Positions 9,888 to 18,975 of a DNA stretch of 32,000 nucleotides are shown here, one piece after another (within the stretch, counting starts at the first letter, position 1; every line of letters starts with the position of its first letter). The stretch lies in NCBI RefSeq assembly GCF_035285525.1, contig NZ_JAYKGW010000019.1:4890-36889 (forward strand). Direction: 5' to 3'. The notes beneath the pieces are model-generated. The model had not been told where the DNA came from, made no database searches, and was given only the letters and a program-made list of their open reading frames with translations. The stretch comes from Okeania sp. (GTDB taxonomy: Bacteria; Cyanobacteriota; Cyanobacteriia; Cyanobacteriales; Microcoleaceae). Made by a program: the position numbers and the translations under genes.

Positions 9888-9959
9888 CTGGGGCGGAAGG
9901 ATTCGAACCTCCGAATGGCTGGACCAAAACCAGCTGCCTTACCACTTGGCGACGCCCCA
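9888..9959 (-). tRNA. tRNA-Gln (anticodon UUG)
   Basis: The reverse complement TGGGGCGTCGCCAAGTGGTAAGGCAGCTGGTTTTGGTCCAGCCATTCGGAGGTTCGAATCCTTCCGCCCCAG folds as a cloverleaf. It has a 7-bp acceptor stem, anticodon stem GCTGG/CCAGC with loop TTTTGGT, and a T-arm GGAGG-TTCGAAT-CCTTC. CCA is not encoded. Confidence 0.92.
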
Positions 9960-9976
9960 TTTCCTCAACATTTAAT

Positions 9977-10007
9977 ATCTTAGCACCTATATGTAGGAAT
10001 TTGTCAA
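9977..10007 (-). promoter_or_regulatory. sigma70-like promoter for tRNA-Gln
   Basis: The minus strand reads TTGACA (10007-10002), a 19-nt spacer ending in TGc, then TAAGAT (9982-9977). This sits about 18 nt upstream of the mature tRNA 5' end. Confidence 0.45.
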
Positions 10008-10360
10008 GGGTTTTTTCCATAATTTTTTTGAAGTTTTGATTTTGCAGGAGTTATGGGCTTATATCATGTCTGGTTGAATACTTAGACTGTGGAGGAAGTA
10101 AGGCAGAAGGCAGAAGGCAGAAGGAAAGAAAAGGCAATTATGGCAGAAAGTTTTTTGATTACTGATTATCCGGATTTGGTATTAAATATTGATCCAAGAC
10201 AATATGGTGCTATCTGCAAGTTATATAAAATCAGGTCGAATACTTTTATATCCTTTGGGAAGATTGAAGTGTAGATATAATATAATTATGAACATATACT
10301 ATATGAACAGATTTTATATTATAAAGTCAGAAGTCATAAAATAAAGATTAATTTGAGAGT

Positions 10361-13300
10361 TTAAGGAGCTTTAATTGGGATTTTAATGATAAACTCAGTT
10401 ATTTGTCCTGGTTCAGAACTACATTTCAAAATACCACTATGTTTATCCACTACAATTTGGTAGCTAATCGAAAGGCCAAGACCTGTTCCCTTTCCCACTG
10501 GTTTGGTGGTGAAGAATGGATCGAAAACTTGATTGATTAATTTTTTGGTCATTCCGGGGCCATTATCTGTAATGGATATAACAGCATATTCGACATTGAA
10601 GGTAGATAGATTTTGATTGTCATCTTCAATATCTATTATTTCTGGTGCTTCAAAACCTAGATAAGTAGTAATTTTAATTATTCTTGGTTCTGGTTGACCT
10701 TCTAGAGCATCAATGGAATTACTGATAATATTCATAAAGACTTGGTTGAGTTGTCCTGGATAACACTCTACTAGGGGCAAATTACCATACTCTTTGACAA
10801 TTTCAATTCCAGAATCTTGCCCCTTTGCTCTAATCCGGTTATCTAAAATTAGCAAGGTGCTATCAATACCTTCATGGATATCTACTATTTTTTTCTCTGA
10901 TTCGTCTAAACGAGAGAAGTTTCTTAATGATAAAACTATTTGACGAATACGTTCGGTACCCATTTCCATTGAAGACAGAATTTTGGGTAAGTCTTCCATT
11001 AAAAATTCTAATTCCATATCTTCAGTTTTGTTCTCAATTTCTGCGACAGGTTCTGGATAATACTTTTGATAAAGATCTAACAATTGGAGAATGTCTCTGG
11101 TATAATCCTTAATATATTTGATATTACCATGAATAAAATTGACAGGATTATTAATTTCATGGGCAACTCCAGCTACAGTTTGACCAAGAGATGACATTTT
11201 TTCTTGTTGGATTAATTGAGCTTCTTTTTGCTTGAGGTTTTTTAAAGCTACAGTCAGTTGATGAGCTTGAGTTTGAGCTGCTAATGCTGCTGCACGGGTT
11301 TGAGCATAAAGTTCTGCTTGGTCAATGGCGATCGCTAGTTGGTCTACTGCTGCTTGGAGTAATTCTACTTCACTTTCTTGCCAAGGTCGATAACTACTAT
11401 ATTGATTACAGATAACTCCTCCCATTTGACCAGCGCGAGTCCGCAATGGTAGTAATAGTGTAGATTTGATTCCCAACTGTTGTAAATATAGCTGCATTTT
11501 TGGGAGTTGCTTTTGATGAACTGTTTCTGTATTGTCAAATTGTAAAATTTCGTGGTTCCGAATTTTATCTGATAAAATGGCTGTCTGTTCTTGGGGATAT
11601 TCTGGAATCTGAACTAATATTGTTTCTTTGGCAGATTCATGGGTGATAGCAATGCTAGTAACTTGACCAGATAAGCACCATATAAAGAAACATTGATCTA
11701 TTTCTAAGAGGTTTCTAATTTCTGTAACCGCAGTTTCTAATATATTGTCAAGATCTAGGGAGTCTCTAATTTGACTAGCGAGACGAAACAATAATGCTTC
11801 TCTGTTACTTAATAGTTGTTCTTGGATATTGACTCGATCAATAGCAATAGAGATGGTGCTGGCAACCCAATTAAGTACGTCTCTAGCTGAGTCTGTAAGG
11901 GTTTCGTAACTCCATACACACATTACCCCTACCACCCGACTATCTGAGGTGAGTATGGTAAAATCGTTGGTCAATATTTGTAGTTTGTTATCGGAGTTAA
12001 CTTCTGAACTAAAAATTTCAGAAGTTAAGATGTTTTTGGGATTCAATAATTCCTGTTCATATTTTACATCTAATTTTAAGTTGTTACCAGATAATGCTTG
12101 TAATTCTAGTTGACTGGTTTGACTATTAATAGTCCAAATTCCGGAACCGATAACATTTAACTCTTTGACAATAGCTTTGACACAACGTTCGAGAATATTA
12201 CTGAGAGAACTACTTGCTCCCAGAGCTACTCCTACTTCTGCTTCCAGAGTTGATAAACTTGCTCGCTCTAGCAAAGTTGCTTCTGTGCGTTTACGCTCTG
12301 TGATGTCTCGTGAAACAGCGACTAATTCTATAAGTTGACCTGTTTCTGAATCTTGAATTTTTTGACAAGTGGTTTCAAACCAAATGTAATATCCGTTTTT
12401 ATGGCGCAGTCGATGAGTGAAAGTATATGCTTCTGTTTCCTGAGAGACATCAAGTTCAGATAGTTTCCGATCTTCTGGATAAAATAGATCATACATACAC
12501 TTTCCCACTAATTCATCCGGTTGATATCCCAGAAGAGAGTAAGAAGCAGCAGAAGCAAATAAATATATACCTTCTAAGGTTTGCCTAGAAATGATATCAG
12601 TAGAATTGTTAGTCAGGAGTCGATAAAGTGCTTCACTATCTCGCAACGCTTCTTCTGCTTGTTTTTTTTCAGTGATATCTGTCTGAATACCAATAAAGTG
12701 AGTAACCCTACCATCATTATCTCTAACTGGAGATATTGCTAATTCATTCCAAAAGGGAATACCATCTTTGCGGTAATTTTTGACGACGACTAAACAGTTT
12801 GTTTCTGATTTTATAGCTTGGCGAATTTCAGATAATGCCACAGGATCGGTGTCAGCACCTTGTAAAAATCTACAGTTTTTTCCTAATGTTTCTTCAGGAG
12901 GATAACCTGTAATTTTAGCAAAAGCAGGGTTAGAATAAATAACGGGATTATCTGGATGGGTATTGGCAGTAATCACTATACCATTGTTACTAGCAGCGAT
13001 CGCTCTTTCTAGCAATAATAGTTTTTTTTCTTCTGGATGCTCTTGAGCTTTTTGTTGTATTTTTTTTTGTAATTCTATTTGACTACTGATATATCTACTT
13101 AATTTTTTTAATAGTTTTTGACATTTCTCTGTTAAGTTTCTGGATACATAATCCATTAATGATAAAATCCCGATTTGTTTGCCATTAATATTAATAGAAA
13201 TTCCTGCATAAAATCTGATTTTTGGTTCTGATACTACTAAGCTATGATTTGCTGTTATTTGATTTGTTAATGTATCAGGTATAATTAATATTTCTCCTTC

Positions 13301-13513
13301 TTTTTTTGCTAAGAAGTCTAGAGCTACTTGTTGTACAAAATTCAGGTATTCGTCTTGATTATTATTATCTATTTGAGATTTGAACCAAAGGTAGTTAGAA
13401 TCTCTGAAGCTAATAAATGCAATTGGAGTTTCAGCTATATCTGCTGCTAACTCTGCTATTTCTGCAAAGGAAGTTTCCATAGATAATACCTGATATAATG
13501 ATTTTACTTCCAT
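10361..13513 (-). CDS. multi-sensor histidine kinase, GAF-LOV-PAS-GAF-GAF-HisKA-HATPase
   Basis: The 1050-aa ORF has a LOV signature GKNCRFLQG (Cys214 codon at 12872-12874) with NYRKDGIPFWN and FIGIQTDIT. It also has the H-box GVAHEINNPVNF and ATP-lid motifs DNGPGM and GKGTGLGLS. Confidence 0.9.
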   Translation of the reverse strand: MEVKSLYQVLSMETSFAEIAELAADIAETPIAFISFRDSNYLWFKSQIDNNNQDEYLNFVQQVALDFLAKKEGEILIIPDTLTNQITANHSLVVSEPKIRFYAGISININGKQIGILSLMDYVSRNLTEKCQKLLKKLSRYISSQIELQKKIQQKAQEHPEEKKLLLLERAIAASNNGIVITANTHPDNPVIYSNPAFAKITGYPPEETLGKNCRFLQGADTDPVALSEIRQAIKSETNCLVVVKNYRKDGIPFWNELAISPVRDNDGRVTHFIGIQTDITEKKQAEEALRDSEALYRLLTNNSTDIISRQTLEGIYLFASAASYSLLGYQPDELVGKCMYDLFYPEDRKLSELDVSQETEAYTFTHRLRHKNGYYIWFETTCQKIQDSETGQLIELVAVSRDITERKRTEATLLERASLSTLEAEVGVALGASSSLSNILERCVKAIVKELNVIGSGIWTINSQTSQLELQALSGNNLKLDVKYEQELLNPKNILTSEIFSSEVNSDNKLQILTNDFTILTSDSRVVGVMCVWSYETLTDSARDVLNWVASTISIAIDRVNIQEQLLSNREALLFRLASQIRDSLDLDNILETAVTEIRNLLEIDQCFFIWCLSGQVTSIAITHESAKETILVQIPEYPQEQTAILSDKIRNHEILQFDNTETVHQKQLPKMQLYLQQLGIKSTLLLPLRTRAGQMGGVICNQYSSYRPWQESEVELLQAAVDQLAIAIDQAELYAQTRAAALAAQTQAHQLTVALKNLKQKEAQLIQQEKMSSLGQTVAGVAHEINNPVNFIHGNIKYIKDYTRDILQLLDLYQKYYPEPVAEIENKTEDMELEFLMEDLPKILSSMEMGTERIRQIVLSLRNFSRLDESEKKIVDIHEGIDSTLLILDNRIRAKGQDSGIEIVKEYGNLPLVECYPGQLNQVFMNIISNSIDALEGQPEPRIIKITTYLGFEAPEIIDIEDDNQNLSTFNVEYAVISITDNGPGMTKKLINQVFDPFFTTKPVGKGTGLGLSISYQIVVDKHSGILKCSSEPGQITEFIIKIPIKAP

Positions 13514-14342
13514 TTTATTGACTTTCCTTGTTTAATTTTTTATTCTTTATCATGCAATAATTAGCTATAGCAATTTCCATGTTGATGATGTACAAAATTC
13601 CTTGGCTCTAGGGAGTAGGATGAGTAGGGATGAAATCATAAAAACAACGTTAATTCAGTTAATTGAGAAACGCCATTGTATTATTTTAGAATATAATTTT
13701 ATATATATTAATCTCAGCAAACAGCTGTCAATTATAAGGTAAGCATTCAGCACTTTGCACTCAGCGTTCAGCTATCTATTTTACTTTGAGATAAAAGCTT
13801 TATGATACGGTTCCCGATAAGTCAGAAATTTTATCTGAATTACAAAATTCAGTTTCCCAGTTTATATTCGTTTAAATCTCTTCCTTAAGGTTGAGATTTT
13901 TATTGTTGTTTCACTGCACAAGATGAAAAGCGCAGCGACGACCGAGGAGGCTAGCTGACAGCTAATAGCTGAATGTTTACATATTAACAACTTGAAAATT
14001 TATCAAGTTAGATTACTATATCATAGAATTATAGCATAAACTAATATTAGTTAACTACCAACTAAGCTTACGGTGTAAGCATTTAGCAGTCAGCTAACAG
14101 CTACTACTTCTAGTTTTTGATAAAGGTTTTATTCTTCAAAATTAAATCTAAGTAAAAAAATCATTTTTCAAGCATATATTAATTAAAACCTTCTCTTTAA
14201 GGTTAAAATTTTATAGCTAAAAGCTCTTTGCGGAGCATTCCGTAGGAAATGCTTACCTTACAGTTTATTTGCAGTTATAAAGCAGTAAATTGATACACAG
14301 AATTTTCCTAAAATATAGTATATATACTTAAGGTATTTATTT

Positions 14343-14756
14343 ATGGACAAATATACACTAAATTCAGGCAAGAATATGTCGGAAACTGAAAATAAAAAAA
14401 AGACTATCTTGGCAGTAGATGATAGTAAGATTATGCACACCCTTATTAAACAGGTTTTGGGTAAGGAATATCGGGTGTTAGTAACTGATAATGCTGTAGA
14501 TGCGTTGTCAATGATTTACAATGAACAAGTAGCGGTTCTATTGTTAGATGTTTCGATGCCTGATATAGATGGTTTGGAATTATGTCGTACAATACGCACT
14601 ATTCCTCAATTTGAAAGTTTGCCTATTATTATGTTAACAGCTAGAGATAGTTCTTTTGATAAAGTTAAAGGACATTTAGCTGGTGCTACAGAATATCTGA
14701 CTAAACCTTTTGATGAGGAGAAGTTACATGAAGTAATTAGTCAGTTATTAGATTAA
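14343..14756 (+). CDS. single-domain response regulator (CheY-like receiver)
   Basis: Receiver residues are present: ILAVDDS, LLLDVSMPDIDG, IIMLTA and YLTKPF. The real start may be the internal ATG at 14376 (MSETENKK). Confidence 0.85.
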   Translation: MDKYTLNSGKNMSETENKKKTILAVDDSKIMHTLIKQVLGKEYRVLVTDNAVDALSMIYNEQVAVLLLDVSMPDIDGLELCRTIRTIPQFESLPIIMLTARDSSFDKVKGHLAGATEYLTKPFDEEKLHEVISQLLD

Positions 14757-14759
14757 CAA

Positions 14760-15070
14760 AAGAGTTATCAGTTATTAGTTATCAGCATCATTTTTGGTAA
14801 TTAATTCATTATAACTGATAGAGTATTTTTTATGTATTCTCTACTGTCTAATTTTCATTTATCAGTTATCATTTTCGGTAATTAATTAAGTATAGTATAA
14901 TTGATAGAGTATTTTTTATGTATTCCCTACTGTCTAATTTTCATTTATCAGTTATCATTTATCAGTTATCAGTTTCGGTAATTAATGCAGTATAATTGAT
15001 GCAGTATTTTTTATGTATTCCCTACTTTATAATTTTCATTTATCAGTTATCAGTTATTAGTTGATTTAGA
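14760..15070. repeat. three tandem units (period 86 and 95 bp) of ATCAGTT heptamers plus a TATAAT-containing segment plus TATTTTTTATGTATTCCCTACTGTCTAATTTTCA
   Basis: The unit anchors gagt/gagt/cagt are at 14821, 14907 and 15002. A fourth, diverged copy of the core (aatattttttacttattccctactatctaa) lies at 15186-15215, directly before the Uma2 ATG. Confidence 0.85.
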
Positions 15071-15224
15071 TTGCCAAGGATTAAAATCCTTGGCTAATAG
15101 CTTAAGTCATCTAAAAATGACAAAGTTATCTATATCGTTCTATGCTTAATTAATACACCTTGATATAATGTGGTAAAATAGGAGAAATATTTTTTACTTA
15201 TTCCCTACTATCTAAAAGAAAAAA

Positions 15225-15862
15225 ATGTTACTCGAACTAAAAAAATAACCGTACCCCCCGGACAAAAAGTATTATTAAAAGATGTAAGTTGGCAAGAATT
15301 TGAAGAAATTCTCACCGACTTAGGAGAAAATCGTTCTTCTCGAATAGCTTATGCAAATAATACTTTAGAAATTATGGCTCCCTTACCAAAACATGAACTT
15401 AGTAAAGAACTTATTAGCGACTTACTAAAAGCACTTTTATAAGAACTAGATAGAGAATTTTTAACTTTAGGTTCCACAACTTTCAAAAATCAGCAAATGG
15501 CAAAAGGAATAGAACCTGATAATTGTTTTTATATAGAAAATGAAGCTAAAGTTCGTGGGAAAGAATGTTTAGATTTAACTGTCGATACCCCTCCAGATTT
15601 AGCCATAGAAATAGACGTAACTTCCCGGACTCATACTAATATTTATGCCAGTTTAGGAGTTAGAGAACTTTGGCGATTTGAGGGAAGAAAGTTGGAAATG
15701 TATATATTAGAAAATACCAAATATATAGAGTCAAAATTTAGTCTGCATTTTCCTGATTTACCCTTAATTGAAATTATTCCCGAATATTGCGATCGCTGTA
15801 AAATTATAGGTAGAAATCAAACCATGAAAATATTTCGTAATTGGGTAAGAGAACAAATTTGA
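15225..15862 (+). pseudogene. Uma2 family (DUF820) endonuclease, disrupted
   Basis: ATG 15225 gives MLLELKK then TAA. The reading continues in another frame from 15242 (KITVPPGQKVLLKDVSWQEFEEIL...), so there is a frameshift in an A7 run. An in-frame TAA lies at 15440-15442 (LLKALL*ELDREF). The remainder (GIEPDNCFYI...PPDLAIEIDVTS...LGVRELW) is typical Uma2. Confidence 0.75.
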
Positions 15863-15976
15863 GAATTTGGTAATTAATAAGTTTGTTGATTTTGCTTGCC
15901 TTTTCAGTCTGTTTCTCTTGACTCTGTAGGGACGTTGTATGCAACTTCCTGCCGTTACTACCAGACTTTTTCAACC

Positions 15977-16080
15977 CTAAATAGGCTGTAAGATTTGAGT
16001 GTAGGGGTTTGGTTTCCAAATCCCTTTACACTTGGGGAAAGGAGACCAAACCCCTACAGTTTTTTCTCACAAATCATTTC
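15977..16080. mobile_element. MITE-like element, family CTAAATAGGyTGTAAGATTT...GGAGACCAAACCCCTACAGTTTTyCTCACAAATCATTyC (copy 1)
   Basis: It has an internal palindrome GTAGGGGTTTGGT...ACCAAACCCCTAC. It is near-identical in its ends to 26992-27087. Half copies lie at 1300-1335, 6868-6895, 9335-9375 and 18668-18705. Confidence 0.7.
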
Positions 16081-16174
16081 ATACTGCTATATATCAAGAC
16101 TTACGCAAAGCAACTAAGAAACCGCGTTTATTGTCGTGATTTTATAGACAAATAAAATAGGATTGCTATATAAA

Positions 16175-16268
16175 TTATTCAGAAATTTTCAACTCATATA
16201 GATTCCATAAGCCTCATCCTAACTCACTATAATTATTTTCTTTCATTCCCTTACAAATAGTGTCATAA
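16175..16268 (-). pseudogene. relic of the 3' end of a family-5 substrate-binding protein gene
   Basis: 35 nt are identical to 16493-16527, followed by about 60 nt of diverged homology. It translates as YDTICKGMKENNYSELG*GLWNLYELKISE*, against DAIRDRIKGINYSELGGGFWNLYELKISE* in the intact gene 320 bp away. Confidence 0.75.
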
Positions 16269-16494
16269 GTGTAGGTTGGGTTGAAGTCGGAAACCCAACA
16301 ATAATAACACCATTTCTCCAAAACTATGACAGTATTAATCTATAGAATCCCAATCATTAATAAAATCAAGAACTGTAGGAATATTTGTTAGTTTTAACTT
16401 CCTTCTACCAGGGCTTGTATTTTCAAAATTAAGAGAAGTATAGTTAAATTTTATTGGCAAAAATCAAGTTTAAAAAAAAATGTTTTCCTGAAAA

Positions 16495-18270
16495 TTATTC
16501 AGAAATTTTCAACTCATATAGATTCCAGAAACCTCCTCCTAACTCACTATAATTAATTCCTTTAATCCGGTCGCGAATAGCATCAAATTCTAGAGGATTT
16601 ATCATATAAATAAAAGGTAATTCTTCAGCAATAACTTGTTGAGCTTGACCATAAAATTCTTTTCGCTTCTCATCATCTAAAACTTGAGATGCTTGAACAT
16701 AAAGATCGTCTATTTCTTGTTCCCAATCATTTACTTTCCAGCCTTCTATTTTTTCTCCCCCCGCTTCAGGTCCTTGATTAAAAGTATGTAATCTACCATC
16801 TACAGCCCAAATATTATAACCACCATGAGGTTCAATACTTCCTCCTGTAAAACCTCCTAAATAAGCCTCCCAATCTTTCGATAAAGTCAGCTTTTGTACA
16901 TAAGTATTAAAACTCAAAAATTGCATATTTACTTTCATACCTAGTTTTCCCAAATCTTGATTAATTTGGGTGGCTATTTGTTCTCTAACTTTTCTACCCG
17001 CACTTGTTAGTAAAGTAAATTCTACTTTTTGATCTTCACTATCTAATAAATCACCATTTTGATTATATTTAAAACCAGCTCCCAGCAAAAGTTCTTGAGA
17101 TTTTTCCGGGTCATAATTATAAACTTTTAAACCCTCTTCAGGAGATAAATAAAAAGGACTGGTCACAGGAATTGGAGAATATTGAGGCGCACCTAATCCA
17201 CGGTATATATTATTAGTCATTGCCTCTCTATTAATTCCATAAGCGATCGCTTGTCGAAAAGCTTTATTATTAAACCATCGAGATTTAATCGGGTCTACTA
17301 ATGGTTTTCCTTGAGAATTTTTCGCCTGATTTAGATTAAAACAAATAAAGCTAGAAGTAGATGTCGGACCACCATTATAAATAGTATATTTGCCTCGTTT
17401 TTCTTCTCGTTTCAAAAGAGGATACATTTCTGCTGTAACTTGAATTGTATCTAATTCTCCAGAACGAAAATTTAACAGTTGATTATCTGTATTTTCGATT
17501 ACTTGCCAAACAATATTTTCAATAAAAGGTAGATTATTTCCCTCATCATCCTTGCGCCAATAAAAAGGATTTTTCTCTAAAATAATTCGTTGATTTGGAG
17601 CATAACTTTTAACCCGATACATACCATTACCAACAATTTCTGCGACTGGAGTATCAGTTCCCCATTTTGTCAGAAAATTTAATTCTCCTTCAGAATTAGT
17701 AGTACGAACAGAATCTTTTAAAACATGAGCAGGTAAAATATATAATCCTCCAGCATATCTGACAAAAGGAGCAAAAGATTCAGGTGTAGAAAATTCTATA
17801 CGGAGATTATCTATTTTTTTTACTGTTGGTAAAGCACCACTTTTACCAATTCTCAAAATATCTTTAGAGCTGCTAGGAATTTTATCATTCAGATAGATTT
17901 CGTTATAGGAAAATACCACATCATCAGCAGTTAAAGGTTCTCCATCTGACCACTTCAAATCTTCTTGTAAAGTAATAACTACTTTCTGTCCGTCATCAGA
18001 AACTTCCCAAGATTCAGCTAATGCTGGTTCTAATTCTCCTGTAATGCCATTTTCAATAATTAAACCCTCATAAATATAACTAAAAACACTATATGCGGAC
18101 TGATTTAATGGGTAGTTAAAAGTAGAAGTATCGCTTGGAGTAGAAACTACTATTCGAGATTGAAAATTTGATGGTGCTGGTTTACAAGCAGTGAGGAAAA
18201 ATATGAAAATAACTGTGCATAAAGTTATTAATTTACGATAATATTTTTGTTGGATATTAAGTTGAATCAT
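16495..18270 (-). CDS. ABC transporter substrate-binding lipoprotein, family 5 (oligopeptide type)
   Basis: The 591-aa ORF has a signal peptide with lipobox FLTAC and typical SBP_bac_5 length. No transporter partners are adjacent. Confidence 0.85.
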   Translation of the reverse strand: MIQLNIQQKYYRKLITLCTVIFIFFLTACKPAPSNFQSRIVVSTPSDTSTFNYPLNQSAYSVFSYIYEGLIIENGITGELEPALAESWEVSDDGQKVVITLQEDLKWSDGEPLTADDVVFSYNEIYLNDKIPSSSKDILRIGKSGALPTVKKIDNLRIEFSTPESFAPFVRYAGGLYILPAHVLKDSVRTTNSEGELNFLTKWGTDTPVAEIVGNGMYRVKSYAPNQRIILEKNPFYWRKDDEGNNLPFIENIVWQVIENTDNQLLNFRSGELDTIQVTAEMYPLLKREEKRGKYTIYNGGPTSTSSFICFNLNQAKNSQGKPLVDPIKSRWFNNKAFRQAIAYGINREAMTNNIYRGLGAPQYSPIPVTSPFYLSPEEGLKVYNYDPEKSQELLLGAGFKYNQNGDLLDSEDQKVEFTLLTSAGRKVREQIATQINQDLGKLGMKVNMQFLSFNTYVQKLTLSKDWEAYLGGFTGGSIEPHGGYNIWAVDGRLHTFNQGPEAGGEKIEGWKVNDWEQEIDDLYVQASQVLDDEKRKEFYGQAQQVIAEELPFIYMINPLEFDAIRDRIKGINYSELGGGFWNLYELKISE

Positions 18271-18383
18271 TTTCAGTTGATATATCTCTACAATTTAGAT
18301 GATACCTAATTACAGTACTTTTTATTTGAGTAGATAAAAAAGTTAGTTTTCTGCATTAGGATGGGTTGATTTAAACTTAGTCT

Positions 18384-18588
18384 AGTAGGTTGGGTAGAAC
18401 AGAGTGAAACCCAACCAAAATTTACTAATGACAAATAAATATAATAACATTGATATTGTCATTGCGAGGCGGTCAGAAATAAGTTACGCTTTGAAGGAAA
18501 GTATTAACTTAGCCGAAGCAATCTCTTCAGGGAAATTTTAGTTTAGTAGGTTGGGTAGAACAGAGTGAAACCCAACCAAAATTTACTA
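18384..18588. repeat. 44-nt direct repeat (AGTAGGTTGGGTAGAACAGAGTGAAACCCAACCAAAATTTACTA) flanking a CATTGCGAG...GAAGCAATC element
   Basis: Identical 44-mers lie at 18384-18427 and 18545-18588. The intervening element (about 18455-18530) is homologous to 21728-21800. Confidence 0.8.
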
Positions 18589-18779
18589 TGATTGGGTTAC
18601 TCCTGCGAAGAAGCGAGCTGCGTTCCATGCTACGCAACCCTAAGGGGAACAACCCAACCTACTCTTATTTTTCTTGGGGTTTGGAGACTAAAACCCTATA
18701 GTTTACAATTTTTGCTTAAAAAACTAATTTAAAGTATAATCTTTCTGAACTATAGATTTATTTCACTTCGTCTAAAAAA

Positions 18780-18900
18780 CCTAACCCCCCAACCCGCTTC
18801 TATCCCCCCTAACCCCCCTTTGAAAGGGCAGATAAGGTAAGGGGGAGAATATCTTTCTCCCCTCTCCTTGCAGGAGAGGGGTTGGGGGAGAGGTCTTTCA
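18780..18900. repeat. GC-rich palindromic repeat (CCCCTCTCCTTGCAGGAGAGGGGTTGGGGGAGAGG type)
   Basis: The hairpin CTCCCCTCTCCTTGCAGGAGAGGGG is read directly. Related copies lie at 20525-20580 and 21975-22022. Confidence 0.7.
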
Positions 18901-18975
18901 GGTAGCTAAAAACTACATAATTTATCCTCCTTTAAACTCAGTAATTTTATTCCTAAAAACTAACAATTAAACATT

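Noticed and set aside
9310-10360. Integrative island or prophage at tRNA-Gln
   Set aside because: There is no integrase or recombinase ORF, and no direct repeat of the tRNA 3' half nearby. The flanking sequence is ordinary small repeats.
10927-11112. 61-aa ORF antisense inside the histidine kinase gene. The same reasoning applies to 30380-30577 in rnpA, 6485-6679 (an alternative-frame ORF on the same strand inside 6273-6779), 8839-9090, 27231-27440 and 20378-20599.
   Set aside because: Each lies within or overlaps a much longer, motif-supported CDS, mostly on the opposite strand. None has a recognisable domain or ribosome-binding context.
14826-15060. Three short ORFs starting MYSLL (15-25 codons) in the tandem units
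   Set aside because: They terminate at different points inside ATCAGTT heptamers and lack Shine-Dalgarno-like sequences. I treat them as a by-product of the repeat unless ribosome profiling says otherwise.
15240-15246. Programmed frameshift in the A7 run of the Uma2 gene
   Set aside because: The gene also carries an independent in-frame TAA at 15440-15442. Decay is therefore more parsimonious than recoding, and a homopolymer sequencing error cannot be excluded without reads.
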